IMG/VR virus record: IMGVR_UViG_3300008116_000013
Length of the DNA stretch: 64,000 bases
From: an uncultured virus (IMG/VR IMGVR_UViG_3300008116_000013)
Taxonomy: Duplodnaviria; Heunggongvirae; Uroviricota; Caudoviricetes
Direction: 5' to 3' (one strand)
In this document: positions 46,406 to 58,400 of the stretch, one piece after another
Layout of the letters: the number at the start of each line of letters is the position of its first letter
Position numbering within the stretch: the first letter of the stretch is position 1
Notes under the pieces: generated by a model
Told to the model about the DNA's origin: nothing
Databases searched by the model: none
Seen by the model: only the letters and a program-made list of their open reading frames with translations
Program-made: the position numbers and the translations under genes

Positions 46406-49400
46406 TCACACCCCCAGCAGTTCTCTTTGCTCTGGTGTGAGAGATTCAATCAGTTCTTTACGCTTTTGTGCCTTGATTTCTTTCTCTTGTTGTTTCGTAA
46501 TCATTTCATCCAGAATGTTATCCATTGTGTAGAAATCATAATCCCCAGTATCCCAACTGGATTCACCTTCGTTGTCAATGAAAATGGATTGTTTATAGTT
46601 ATTGCCATCATCGTGCCAATCACAATACAGAGTGATTTTATAACCTTCATCAGTTTGACGAAAGGTTGCTCCACAAGGAGAAACTCTTTGTGCTTTGGTG
46701 AGAAAATTAAGAAGTTCAGTTGCAGTAATCATTTCAGTTGCACTCAGAGTGAAGAATGTCTAGCATTTGTTGATGATAGTTGTCAGCATCACGAATCACA
46801 TTTGCTGCCTCTGATACATCTTCAATTTCGTATTGTGTCATCTCCAGAGAGTGAATCACATTGGAGAGAAGTTCAGTCAGAGCATCAATCTTTTGTGCGT
46901 CGGTCATTGCCATTCCACTTCAAAGTTTTGGGGTTCAGATACTTGCGACCATAATAACTTGCGTTCTGATAAGGTTCATAGAACAGACCTGCAAAGGCAT
47001 AAACTTGATACACAAAGAACCAATGAATACCCTTCCAAATCGAATCAATTGCAAGTAAAACAAGAGTAATGCCCACATAGACAATGATCTTTGTTCTGTG
47101 AAGAATTATATTGCGGGTCATTTGATTGTTCTCAGTTGGTTGAGTTGGTAAGCAATTCTACATGCTTCAAGTGTACTCTCACACTCACTGCAACAATATG
47201 AAAGTCCGAATGGAAGATTACGATAGATTCGATTCTCTTCCACCCGATAAGATCCTGATGCTTTGATTAGATTGTTCAACAAAAATCTAGTCATTGTTGT
47301 AAGGAGGATTATCAAAACGATGCATCCAAAGAGCATGAGACCGCTCTCGCAATTCCAGAATCATATTATACTTCTGTTTGACTGGAGAATCATCAGGCAA
47401 ATCATAGATTTCACTGTAACCAGTAAAATCATAGGCATCAAGAGCATGATTTAGAATATTATTGATTACATCATGCTCTTCAAATGAAAATTGCATTGTG
47501 ACTGGTTTTTGATCACAATAGTTGGTTTCATTGAGTTCAATCATTGGAACGTCCAAGAGAATCCTCCTTGTGGAATACATGTATTATACAGCAGATTATC
47601 CTGCTTTAGATTGGCAGTGTGCCAGTGTTTAAACTGTCTACCGATTTGACACAAATGCCAGAATGACACCAAAAATAAGACCAGTAGCGAACAGTTTCAT
47701 TTCAGAAGATCGGAACAATTTCAACATTAGTGAATCCTTCTTGAATGACATGTTTTTCCCAAAATGATGCATCCTCAATTTTATAGAATGTTGCAACTTG
47801 TTTGGATTGTTTGTTCTTTTTGTTTTTCAGGTAAATCACTTGGTACTTCATAAAAATGTAAATGAATGGTTTCTCCGTCGTTCCAGTGTCTTAAGACTCC
47901 TGCAACAATGAAAATATTAGTAAGAAGATAAGTGAGGAATATAACAGTCCGTATACTAGCAATGTAATCTGATTCGTTGTCATTTTTAGACGCTTTCTCC
48001 CCCAATGCTTTTGCCCACCAACGCCACAACGTTTTTCTCTTCTTCGTATACTGATTTTCTAGTTGTGACATACTTTAATTCATTCCATTGATTATGGTAA
48101 CATAAAACTAACAATCTGTCATTACGATGAAGACGACAGGCATTGTAATTTTGCAAATCCTTTGGTTGAACAGATGCTTCAATTGTAATATATTCATCAC
48201 TCTTAAAGTATACCCATCCCTCAACACCTTTTGTCCATGTTACATAATCATTGACTTCAGGGATATAATTCATACAAAACATGACTCCAATGCGGTTAGT
48301 TTTGGCACCATTGCACTATAAGGTGTTGTATTTCTTATGTCCACCGATTGTCCAACACTTTTGGAGTTGATGGGGGAATGATAGGTTCTAGTTTTGGTGT
48401 TGTAGAATCCCCAGATACAACAAACGGGATCACCACCATTGTAAATAAACCTACGCTGATAATGAATCCAAATTGCAACAACATTCTGTTTAAAGTCTGT
48501 CTGCTCATAATAGTAACCTTTAGGTGCTTTATGTGGAAAATCAGTAATCATCTCCATATTCTAATCCAGATTCAGCATTCATCATTTCAACAGTCGTTTG
48601 GAATTTTTTTGCGATGGTAAGATCATGAGTCTTTCCAATGTCGTAGATTGCTTCAACATCGTAGGTTGGTGCAGTAATCCAACTAAATCCCTTGCCAAAA
48701 GTATTATCAGGGTTGACCACATACCAATGGCAAGCAGTGTCAGGGACGAATACAGAACATTTTTTCCAGTCATTGTCCCATTGTGGCACTTGTACAAATG
48801 ATAATGCAGCAAACAGAAAACCAAAAAGACTCAGAAACATCAGTTGTCAATAACAGCACGAAGATTATTGGGGTTATGTCCCAAAGAAAGATAATTATTC
48901 AACATAAGATCACACTGTTCTTTTGTTAGTTTTTGTGCCTCATCATCAATCAAGGTCCATCCAGTGGTATACAATTCTTCAATACGATAGAGTTTTGTCA
49001 TGTGGTAAATGCCTCCAGAATACCCGATTCATACTCATCAACAAGTGCAAACTTCTGAGAATTGACAACACGTTCCATAATACGATCTGTGTAACGATCA
49101 TCAAATGATTGTTCTTTTGAGAGAATCTCAAATGCTTCAGTGTCGTTACTTGCAATTAAATTGATTAGACCACCATATTCACTAGAAGGAAATGGCACCC
49201 AGTAATCAATAATGTAAAGATACTTCATCGGTTTTTGTAAATTACTTTTTTATTTTAGAGGAATGATTCAAATTTGTCAACTGACGTTGAAGTTCAATTT
49301 GAATTGACATTAGATGAGAATATAGAAATTGTTGATACTCATTATCCTTTATCAATGATGTCAGATTATCAATTTGCATTAATGCGAGAATGAGTTTTGT

Positions 49401-50591
49401 TTGTTGATTCATATAAATTCTGCCATATAATAATCAACAGTTACTTCTAACTCGCTTGCTTTTTGTTCATAAAACAATTCAGTATACTTTTCTGCTTCTT
49501 GCCATTTCTGATGTGAATCAATTTCGGTTTCAGAATGTTTCATGAAATCTTCAAAAGCAGACATAAATTGCTGAATATCTTTTTCGTTCATCAGCAGGCA
49601 CCGTTCATAGGATTGACATTTTTAACTTCAGTGTTGAACCCAGTCACTTCCCAACCCAATCCAATGCGTTCATCCATCTCACGTTGAAAGTCACGCATCG
49701 TGATACACTTGTAAGACATAGCATCAACACCACGAAACTTGAGCACTTTGAACATGTGACGAGTGCTATCTTTGACAGGAAAGTAATCCACAGTCATGGA
49801 GGGTTCACCGTCAATCTTGGAGAAGGTAGACAGTTGCATCAGAGTCTCTCTCGATTACCTCTGTATTATAGGTCAGAAAGAGGGCACCACATCGTTGCGT
49901 AGACCAGTTTGCGAACTGTCCATTTGTTCAAAAACTGAATAGAGTTTGTTATACAGTGCTGGAACACTTCCGTATTCCCGTGCAATCTGATGTTCCTCAC
50001 GCAAAGTTAGAGTCTGTAGTGCAGATAGAATTACACCGATTTCATGCACATTCAGATTTACAATAGTTTCAGTCATTTAATTCTCCATCATTGAATTAAT
50101 TTTGTCAATAATAATACTACATTCATCAGCATAATCTTCTTCTTCTAACATTCCTTCTTGCTCAACAGCGTCCAGAATGATCTCCCACTCACGTTCGGTA
50201 AAAAACTCTTTGATTGATTGTTTCATCAGTCCCAAGATACATTTTCAAGAAGAACTCCAGGCATTACATAAGTCCAACCAGTTCCACCAGGTTTGTAATC
50301 CCACTTGTATTCATATTTGTTGTGACTATCCCAAGTCATATATCCTTTTTCTTTATCAAATCGCCCCTTGATCGTCAGAGCAAACTTATTAGAGAAAATA
50401 TTGCGAGTGCGAAGCGCACCGCTCTTTTCCCGAGTTTCAATCACAACACAAGTATCCTCAAAGAACTCAGTACCAGACTCAATTCCACAGGGAGTTTCAT
50501 AGCGAAACGGACGATACGTTGAAGTTTGCTGCTGTTGTGCGAATACAGGAGACGCAAGAAGAAAAAAGGAAAGAAAAATAGATTTCATCAT
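46406..50591 (-). CDS. Run of small hypothetical ORFs: 46406-46732, 46885-47121, 47118-47336, 47287-47580, 47702-47851, 47781-48071, 47986-48282, 48270-48557, 48541-48840, 48998-49228, 49409-49591, 49591-49839, 49873-50076, 50226-50591 and a few shorter ones
   Basis: Minus-strand tiling with palindromic and sigma70 promoters (e.g. TTGACA-17-TAAAAT at 49252-49280); 48541 and 50226 have signal-peptide-like starts. Confidence 0.65.
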
Positions 50592-50627
50592 TTGTGAGTC
50601 TGCTTGTGTCGGATAATGACCTTCATA

Positions 50628-51104
50628 TTATACTGCCTGAGTCAAGCGGTTAGGAAAAAACTGTACCACTTCTGGAACTGGTACATTCAGTTCGTCAAAC
50701 AAATACTCAAGATATAGGGTTTCTTCTTGTTCCCGTGCCTCAATTTCGTGTGGTTGATGCCAATACTCATACTTCTCTACGGGTTCTTTAGAATAACACA
50801 ATTTTCCATAACGAACCCGCAACGAACCATCTACCCACTGCCGCATATGCGTCAGTTCATGCAAAAGAGTTTTTATATACAATTCCTCATTCATGTAAGT
50901 ATCAAGTTCAATTTGAAATTCACGAGGACGATACTGCTTATCTATTATATCACAATATCCATTGACACCTTCACGTTTCAAACCACGATGAATAATATCA
51001 ATGACAATCTTATGGCGTGGAAAGAATTTATTCAGAAACCAAGCGGTAACATCCTCACAGACCCGTTTGCGATAACCGTATCCACAATGAATGAAGTAAG
51101 ACAT
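50628..51104 (-). CDS. Zincin-like metallopeptidase-domain protein
   Basis: TLLHELTHMRQW (HExxH)...YWHQPHEIEA. Confidence 0.75.
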   Translation of the reverse strand: MSYFIHCGYGYRKRVCEDVTAWFLNKFFPRHKIVIDIIHRGLKREGVNGYCDIIDKQYRPREFQIELDTYMNEELYIKTLLHELTHMRQWVDGSLRVRYGKLCYSKEPVEKYEYWHQPHEIEAREQEETLYLEYLFDELNVPVPEVVQFFPNRLTQAV

Positions 51105-51168
51105 TGCCCCCAATGCAAAAACCAAATGAAACTTGAAACAAACAGAAGTTTTTCTTTAGCAGTCATAC

Positions 51169-51627
51169 TCAACGAGCATAGAGATAAGAACCACACCAAT
51201 CTGCATTCTCAAGCAACCATTCACGATCACTGATCAAACGCAGATCATAGCGAACACCTTTGGCGGGCGCTTTCCAACTGGAACTTTTGTAAACTTCACC
51301 AGTCTTCTTGTCAATGAAGCAGTGAACACTCCTGCTCCCATTTGCAACCATAATGATTTTGTGATACTTGCGACCCGTTTCAGGGTAGAACTCATAACCA
51401 CAATTGCCGTTCTTCAGGTCAGTGATACATGCTTTGTGATACTCAACAGAGGTAACAGCACCAGCAAGAGAAAAAGTCAAAACAGACTGCTCATGAGACT
51501 TGATGCTGTAATCAATAAAGTTCTGACGCAGTGCCTCACAGAGAGCATAGGTGTGACCCAGAACTGCCTCTGCGATGTTCTTCCGTGCCTCTGCTTGGGC
51601 GGAGTAATCAGCGAAGGTGGTCGTCAT
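51169..51627 (-). CDS. Conserved cyanomyovirus early protein
   Basis: GRKYHKII...SVHCFIDKKTGEVYK..SWKAPAKGVRY motif; promoter at 51684. Confidence 0.8.
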   Translation of the reverse strand: MTTTFADYSAQAEARKNIAEAVLGHTYALCEALRQNFIDYSIKSHEQSVLTFSLAGAVTSVEYHKACITDLKNGNCGYEFYPETGRKYHKIIMVANGSRSVHCFIDKKTGEVYKSSSWKAPAKGVRYDLRLISDREWLLENADWCGSYLYAR

Positions 51628-51702
51628 CGGTTCGTTGCGTATGTGCTTATTATAGGGCACCCAGAGGGGTCTGGGATGCCCCGTGTGCCAGTTGTTAGAG
51701 TG

Positions 51703-52107
51703 TCACTTATTCATTTGAAGAGTGGGCACAGGCATACCACCTTCTGTTGGAACATAAATGGTCACATTGCCTTTGTTGCTACCTTCTTCCAGTCCAGTAA
51801 TGTAAAGATACTGAAGATATTCACGATTATCTTTCAAACTGTTACCAATGATTTGGTTTGCTTTTGCAACACCTTGAGCACGAATCACCTCAGCATCAGC
51901 AAGTTGTTGTGCCGAATCTTTCTTTGCTTGTGCTTCCAGAACTGCTACCTGACGAGTATATTCTGCTTTCTGAAGTTCTGCTTTACCTTGCAGAGATTGT
52001 GCCCACACATTGTAGAGAGGACCAACCACAGCATTGATAATAAACAGAGAGAGAATAAAGGAAGCACCAATAATTGTGGCGTTCCGCATAGTGTTATCTT
52101 CTTTCAT
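51703..52107 (-). CDS. Membrane-anchored coiled-coil protein resembling an SPFH/prohibitin C-terminus
   Basis: N-terminal TM; AEVIRAQGVAKANQII..SL...YLQYL...IYVP. Confidence 0.6.
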   Translation of the reverse strand: MKEDNTMRNATIIGASFILSLFIINAVVGPLYNVWAQSLQGKAELQKAEYTRQVAVLEAQAKKDSAQQLADAEVIRAQGVAKANQIIGNSLKDNREYLQYLYITGLEEGSNKGNVTIYVPTEGGMPVPTLQMNK

Positions 52108-52286
52108 TTTGAGGAAACTCCAGTAGATTTGAAAATAGCGTTAGCAAGGAAGATGATAGCAAAGTTCTGCCAGAAGGTCAAGGATACACTAAACCAAGAC
52201 AGAATCAAACCAAGCAACCACGCCTCAAAGAGAAGTCCAGCAGTGGCAAGGACAAGAACAACAAAGGCAAGACCAAAGATTTTCAT
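52104..52286 (-). CDS. Small hydrophobic membrane protein
   Basis: Two hydrophobic segments; coupled to the next gene. Confidence 0.65.
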   Translation of the reverse strand: MKIFGLAFVVLVLATAGLLFEAWLLGLILSWFSVSLTFWQNFAIIFLANAIFKSTGVSSK

Positions 52287-52366
52287 TGTAATTTTTGATT
52301 ACCCACATATTATAAGGGGTCCCCAGTGCCCTGAGAACCCCCTGTGTGCCAGTTTTAGAACCGTCC

Positions 52367-52579
52367 TCAATCGTCGTAAACTCTACACTCAAGTGCATTA
52401 GGGTTTGCATCACAATAAAGCTCAAGTGGTGTAGGATCGTGAGAATCTTCTGGATGATGATTCTTATATGCTTTTAGTGCTTCTAATTCTTCTTCAGTAT
52501 GTCTCCTAGACTGAGGAGAAATTGTAGGATCACTCAAAAGTTCTTCATCCTTCTGGATGTGTTGGTCGATGTTATTCAT
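52367..52579 (-). CDS. cp12: CP12 Calvin-cycle inhibitor (auxiliary metabolic gene)
   Basis: SPQSRRHTEEELEAL...DPTPLELYCDANPNALECRVYDD; C-terminal CP12 cysteine pair. Confidence 0.95.
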   Translation of the reverse strand: MNNIDQHIQKDEELLSDPTISPQSRRHTEEELEALKAYKNHHPEDSHDPTPLELYCDANPNALECRVYDD

Positions 52580-52608
52580 GGTTTTGTATCGGGTTGATAA
52601 TATTTATT

Positions 52609-53446
52609 TTATCGTGGTGTACAATCACCTTTACCTTCCAGTGATCGAACCATAAGTTCAGTGAATTTTTCCATCTTTTCAGCAGAAACTGACTGGGGAC
52701 GATAAGTTATAGCATCTTTGAGTGCCACAAGTTCATCCCATTCCTCTTGAGTAAGATTTTTAGGACCAGTTTTTGCTAGAGTCATAGGTGTTTTGCGTTG
52801 TGTCCCAATATTAGCATTTCAATACATTAGTATCTAGTAACTTAATGTTTTCTTTGGGATCCTGTTACACTACTTAATAAACTCATCAAGGGCATCAAGA
52901 TCATCTTTAAGTTCTTGTTCCCTTTTCTTGTCGTGATAATAAGACCATAGAGCATTATGAACATCCATCAAATGATCTATCCAAAACCCAGAAGGATAAA
53001 TTCCAAGATCATCCATCAATCCTCTGTGACTGGTTCCCTCACTTTCTGCTTTACACATAATATAGCAGATTGCCTGAACCATATCAAGTTTATCTTCTTC
53101 AGAAAGCATAAAATACTTTCCTACTGCACGTTGCTTTGCTTCTTCATTTGCCTTTTGCATTTGTTTACAGGCATCAGAGTCCCACCATTCTTTTAGTGCC
53201 TTGCCGAGTTCGTTAGGTTCAGTCATCTTTCCCAAAAATAGTTCCAAAGAAACCAGAGTCTCCTGGTTTACGGTTTTCAAGTTTATCAAGAAGAGAATCA
53301 GTCGTTTGTAGTGTTTCAATACGACTAATCATATCAGCAATCACAGAACATACCATAGGACGTTCATTTTTTGCTGCCCAATGTAGAGCATTTCTTAGGC
53401 ACCCCTCTGCTTCTTTTAAGTTTTCTTCAACTTGATTTGTCAGCAT
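52609..53446 (-). CDS. Three hypothetical ORFs: 52609-52785, 52870-53226, 53219-53446
   Basis: ORF track plus manual translation (MTLAKTGPKNLTQEEWDEL...). Confidence 0.65.
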
Positions 53447-53470
53447 TTTAAATATTTCAACTTAATTTCA

Positions 53471-54265
53471 TCATACCATTTCTCTCATGCTTTTGTCAAT
53501 CCCTCTATTATTTTGAAATCTTGAGAGGGCATTATAAGTTGAAATATGCCCTGTAATGAGACATCTCCATTTGATTTTGTTTTGTTTTTTAGCATTTTCA
53601 CTTCTTTGTTCTTTTGTCAATCCACATATACCTATCTTAAATTCTTTACAAGTATTTCCTTGTTTTTTACCTCCTGCTATTCTTGCTTTTTTCATATCTT
53701 CATCATTCATTCCAAATAAACCTTTACCTTCTTCATACAATTTTTTACCTGCTATTTTTCCACCATTACTACATATTTCCATTTTTCTTTCTTCTGCCAA
53801 TCCATATATTCCCACTTTATTAATTTTGTTTATTTTTGATGCCTCTTTACCACCTTTTGAAAGAGATTCTTGTTTTAAATATTTTCTTGCATTTTTTGCA
53901 TTTTCTATTCTTTGGTATTCACTAAATGAATGAATACCCTTTTTACTATCTCTAACACTTATTCCATTCTGCCTTTTTATTGATATAGAATAAGAACCTC
54001 CACATCTTTCATTAAGGCAATAAGAATCATTAAGAACTGGTTTTATCAATCTATCTTCAAGTTTTCTACATTCTTCATAACCTTCATCAGTATAATCAAA
54101 TACTTCTAATATTTGTTTCTTTGGAGTATAAAGTTCCCAACACCACTTATTTGTTATTGGAGAACCCCAGTATTCCTCATCAAATACTTTTTCTTTCTTA
54201 CTTCCATAATAGTAGTAAGGAACTTCTTCAAAGGTAATTTTGTATGTGTAGATACGTGGTTGCAT
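53471..54265 (-). mobile_element. Free-standing putative homing endonuclease (GIY-YIG/Seg-like N-terminus, basic repeat C-terminus)
   Basis: IYTYKITF...YYYGSK...YWGS...E.RLI...CLNE; repeated GGK..G modules; AT-rich relative to neighbours; own late promoter. Confidence 0.7.
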
Positions 54266-54276
54266 AGTTCTACTCT

Positions 54277-54350
54277 AATTTGCTCGCATATCTATTTATA
54301 TTAAAAAGGAGGGACTTTCACCCCCCCCTCCCGATAAGTGCGAGCAAATC
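54277..54350 (-). promoter_or_regulatory. Nested inverted repeat, terminator and late promoter controlling the endonuclease
   Basis: ATTTGCTCGCA arms at 54278-54288 and 54339-54349 enclose a GGAGGG/CCCTCC-T5 terminator and TATAAATA (54293-54300). Confidence 0.75.
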
Positions 54351-54358
54351 AGGTAATA

Positions 54359-54529
54359 TTATTTAGTGCCATTTAATCGATCCTCACATTTAGTATAAAA
54401 AGTTCCATTTACATAACAAGACTTACCTGCTTCATAGTATTTTACCACAGGTATTTGTGTTCTTGGATATTCTACCACATTTTTTACATGACAGAATAGA
54501 TTATAACCACAAATAAGAGTTTCAAGCAT
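54359..54529 (-). CDS. Hypothetical protein (56 aa; not in the ORF track)
   Basis: MLETLICGYNLFCHVKN...CEDRLNGTK; TGATG-coupled. Confidence 0.6.
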   Translation of the reverse strand: MLETLICGYNLFCHVKNVVEYPRTQIPVVKYYEAGKSCYVNGTFYTKCEDRLNGTK

Positions 54530-55143
54530 CAACACTCATCCATTCCAAGTGGTTTAGACACTTTAGTAAGTGTATAAGATCCATCGCCATTATCAACCCA
54601 TTCAACCTGATCACCCTCCTTTAGGTTTGCTGCTTCAAGAAGGTCATCTGGGAAAGTTACAAAACATTCACCACTTGGTTCTAATTCAACAGGAAGTTGC
54701 CACTTTACAACCTTATCTGCTTTTTCTTGTTTTTCTGCAGCATCACACATTGCATTCAGTTCCTCATCAGTGTACCGAACACTACTTACGGTTGAACCAG
54801 TGCTTTCCCAGAAAGAGTTCCAAGCATCTTTGCATTCGGGTGATGGATCATCTTTATCACAAGTCAGAGGGTTTTTTACATCACCATCACGCAAGTCACC
54901 AACAGTTGCCTGCCAAGCAAGTTTAAACTTCTCATCAAACTCCTCAATGAAGTATCCAAGAAACTCATATGCTGCCATTGTCATGGCCTCTGCACGTTCT
55001 TGTTGATTGTTACTGCAACATTCGTTTGCAACATCAATCATTTCACGGGCAGAGACGACCTTTGCAATGATCATCTCAAGATCATTCATTGTATCCCAAA
55101 CTTTCTGATACTTAATTGCCATGACGTTTGAGTTCTTCCTCAA
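54529..55143 (-). CDS. Protein with a C-terminal AbrB/MazE-like domain
   Basis: VE....GECFVTFPDDLLEAANLKEGDQVEWVDNGDGSYTLTK. Confidence 0.7.
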   Translation of the reverse strand: MRKNSNVMAIKYQKVWDTMNDLEMIIAKVVSAREMIDVANECCSNNQQERAEAMTMAAYEFLGYFIEEFDEKFKLAWQATVGDLRDGDVKNPLTCDKDDPSPECKDAWNSFWESTGSTVSSVRYTDEELNAMCDAAEKQEKADKVVKWQLPVELEPSGECFVTFPDDLLEAANLKEGDQVEWVDNGDGSYTLTKVSKPLGMDEC

Positions 55144-55275
55144 TTGCTTGCTGTACTATAATGGAAATCTCTTTGGATGTCAACCCATTTAACCATTTCC
55201 AATTTGGATCTTCCTTGTCCCAATCCATTGTGAACGATCCATCCTCGTTCTCTGTTATTTTAAGTGAGTCTTCCA

Positions 55276-55476
55276 TCACATATCAATATGAATATCATTT
55301 ATCCAAGTTTGTTTTTCTGCTTTACGAAGTTTTTTCAATTCTTTCAGCATTTCTTTAATTTCTTGGTATGCTACTTCGGGAGACATCTTATCAGAAATTT
55401 CAAGTCCTACAATATATTGCACTTTGTCCCCGAATCGGGCAAGTGCTCTTTCAAATTCAGTTAGAGTTTCGTACAT
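55276..55476 (-). CDS. Small helical protein resembling a cyanobacterial hypothetical family
   Basis: F..KVQYIVGLEISDKMSPEVAYQEIK...KELKK pattern, recalled from cyanobacterial small proteins. Confidence 0.55.
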   Translation of the reverse strand: MYETLTEFERALARFGDKVQYIVGLEISDKMSPEVAYQEIKEMLKELKKLRKAEKQTWINDIHIDM

Positions 55477-58400
55477 TATTTGTTAAGTGAAAATCTATCA
55501 AGATTATAAGGTTCGGATGCAAGGATGTCAATACGTGCTTCAAGACTGTTAAAAATTTCGTATATTGAGTTAGTCGTATTGATATTCTCTTCTTCAAGAA
55601 CTTTAACACGTTGCTCTAACTCAACAACTCTGGTATAGAGTTCATCAATCAAAACAGGATCTTCTAGTCCCCATTTCTTTTGAAACCAATTTGTTCCAAT
55701 CATAATACACCTACAGATTTAAGATAGTTTCGATATCCCATATATCTTCTCATATTTGGTTGATCTTTAACATCTAGTTGATGACAGATCTCACAGTAAC
55801 ATAACCACTCATACCATGGCGTAGTAGGATCTAAAACATGATATGGATGATCAGAGTTTTCCACCTACAGTTCCTTCATGAGTTTTGGATTCAGGGAAAC
55901 CTTCCTGCCGTCCTTTAAGAACATAACGGGTTGCTGATACACATTGCTCTTCAGTGAGAGACGTGACCAGTCCGTTACCATCTTTGTCGGTAGAATCCCA
56001 GAGTCCATACTTTTTTTGCTCAACATAGAAGCAATCATCAATCAGTTTTTTTTCCATTTTTCAAATCAGGATGAGGTGCATAGAGTGGTCCTTCATAATT
56101 ACCAGCAAACAAAGATAGATTCTTGACTGCTTCTACAACAGCAGGAGTTTCTTCCCAGTTCCACTCATTACCATGCTTATCAACAAAAGTTCTAATTGTC
56201 ATATTTGTAACTTAATTGAATGTCTTTCTTTTTAAGGTTGTAGCGATCAATGTGCTTTTTACGATGTTCTTCTGTTTGAAAGTAACATTTACGTGTTTCT
56301 TTTCCATCCTTATGAATCAACTTCCATGGAAATTGATCAAACGGAAACTCTTCGCTGTAATCCATCAGGTAGGTTGCTCAACACGTTGAGTATACACGGC
56401 ATCAAACAATTCGTCAAGCACCTCACCACAGGTATGATACTCTTTACTGTTCAGCACGGTCTTATCATACTGATAACGACGCACAGCAGTGTAAATGAGT
56501 TTATATTGTTCAGGTGTAAAGTTCATTCAGTTCCTCCATAAAGTCGTTGTCCTTCTTCATATCCTAGTTGATATGCCGCTTGTAACCACTTGATGATTGC
56601 TCCGTAATCATTTGTTTTAGCAGCATAATCAAAGTCATCATAGAACCGCTCAGAGCGGAATGAGAACCCTTCCATCTCTTCAAACCAATCATTAAAATTA
56701 GTCATAAAGATGCTGTTCGTGTTGCAACTTATCTAGGTGATGATAAATTGTCTGTTGTGAATACTGAAACTCTTCAAATCGTTGTGGTTTCTTCTGCTCC
56801 ATTCGAGTGAGCATATTGATCCAATCATAATGAGTATTGATTACCCAACCATAATGTGCATCATTCATTTTAGTTCAAGTGTTTGGGTTTTTCTGTATCA
56901 AATTGGTAGAACTTTACATCTTTCATATCAAGACACATACGGATAGTTTCGTGCTCTCGGTGCTCTCTAGCAGTGCCTTTATATAATGCTCTGCGTTGGT
57001 ATGCACAGCACCAGATGTTATAGAATATTTTAGATTTCTCATTCACTGCCCTAACCTCAACTTACGTTCAGGTGAAATAGTGCGATTGAATGGGTCATCA
57101 TAAGGAAAAATATATTCTTGCATCCAACCATAAGAAAGTGCTTCCCAAAAATCATCTGGAAAGTGCTCAATAGTATCATAACTATCCAAAGCATACCAGA
57201 AGTTATGGAAACCATCAAGGAAGAGTTCCCATTTTGTTGGGTTTTCAAATCTCATTTAGATTACCTGTATTAGGAGACCATAAGGTGCTTAACTTCTTAC
57301 CTTTCACTATAACATTAAAGTGATCAATCTGTCCATTTTTACGAGTAATCCCAATCCACACACTATCAGGACCCATCACTTCCATATGAAATGTATCAAT
57401 ATCCCGCACGATAATCTCATCGGGATTCTTACATTCTTCCTTTGGAAAATCGTTGCGGTCTTCTGTCATTTCAAAACCTCATAAACATCAACGGCATCAT
57501 AATCTCCAATACCAAGTTTGAACCTTACAAAATCAGTGAGGTCAGTAGCATCACATTCATAGACACAATACCCACCATTATTATCACTTTGAACATAATT
57601 GGTGTAGTAATCATCAATCACCACCATAATTGCAAGAGCACGGGATTGGTCGTGCTCTGTGATGGTTTTATGAGGATGTGCTACGATATTCGTGATACAC
57701 TTAAAGAGTTCTTCTCTTGTGTATGAGAATGCTTTTGCTTCTTGGTTGAGTGAATAAGTCATCAAACCTCTCCGTATGCTTCCAGAATAGCACGGGCAAC
57801 TGCGATTGCCAAATCCTTCTGTGCGATACTCATATCCTCACGAGCACCCCCTTCACAGGAAGTAATGAAGACACCAGCATTATCTACTGTAAGTTCTACC
57901 CGATGAAAAATCTTTTCATCATCAGGGTCAGACATCGTGAAGACATCAATCTTACTGCGGAGCACATCAGTTCCAGGAAGTTTTGTGTAGAAAGGCATTA
58001 GGGAGTTCCTTTGTGTATGAGACTATTATAGGGCATCAAGTGGCATCTGTGGAGTGCTCTTGTGCCACTTTCATAACTGTCTCATGCCTCTTGTTGCTTT
58101 CGTTTCCTTGTTCTTCAATCAGGTCAGCAAGGTTGTTCAAATCTTCTACAGAAATACTCTCCTTCATATTATACTTACGGGCAAAGGCATAAAGCACAGC
58201 ACGAATTGTGGTTGCCTGCAAATGTTCCATGCTGGTAAGAGAACCCCAAGGAGCAGCAGCACATTCATCGTTGTAGTATTCGTTATATCGGTCTATGAGT
58301 CTCATGATAAAAATACCTTGAGTGTACGTCCTTCATCTTGTTCTGATATTTGAACATTAGAGCAGTCATATTGAACAAACTCTCGTCCATTCTTACCAAT

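Noticed and set aside
52800..52870. NtcA or Pho box in the gap upstream of the cp12 region
   Set aside because: No GTA-N8-TAC or convincing direct-repeat Pho box with correct spacing
34870..55143. AbrB/MazE-like genes as toxin-antitoxin modules
   Set aside because: No adjacent MazF/VapC-like toxin was recognised
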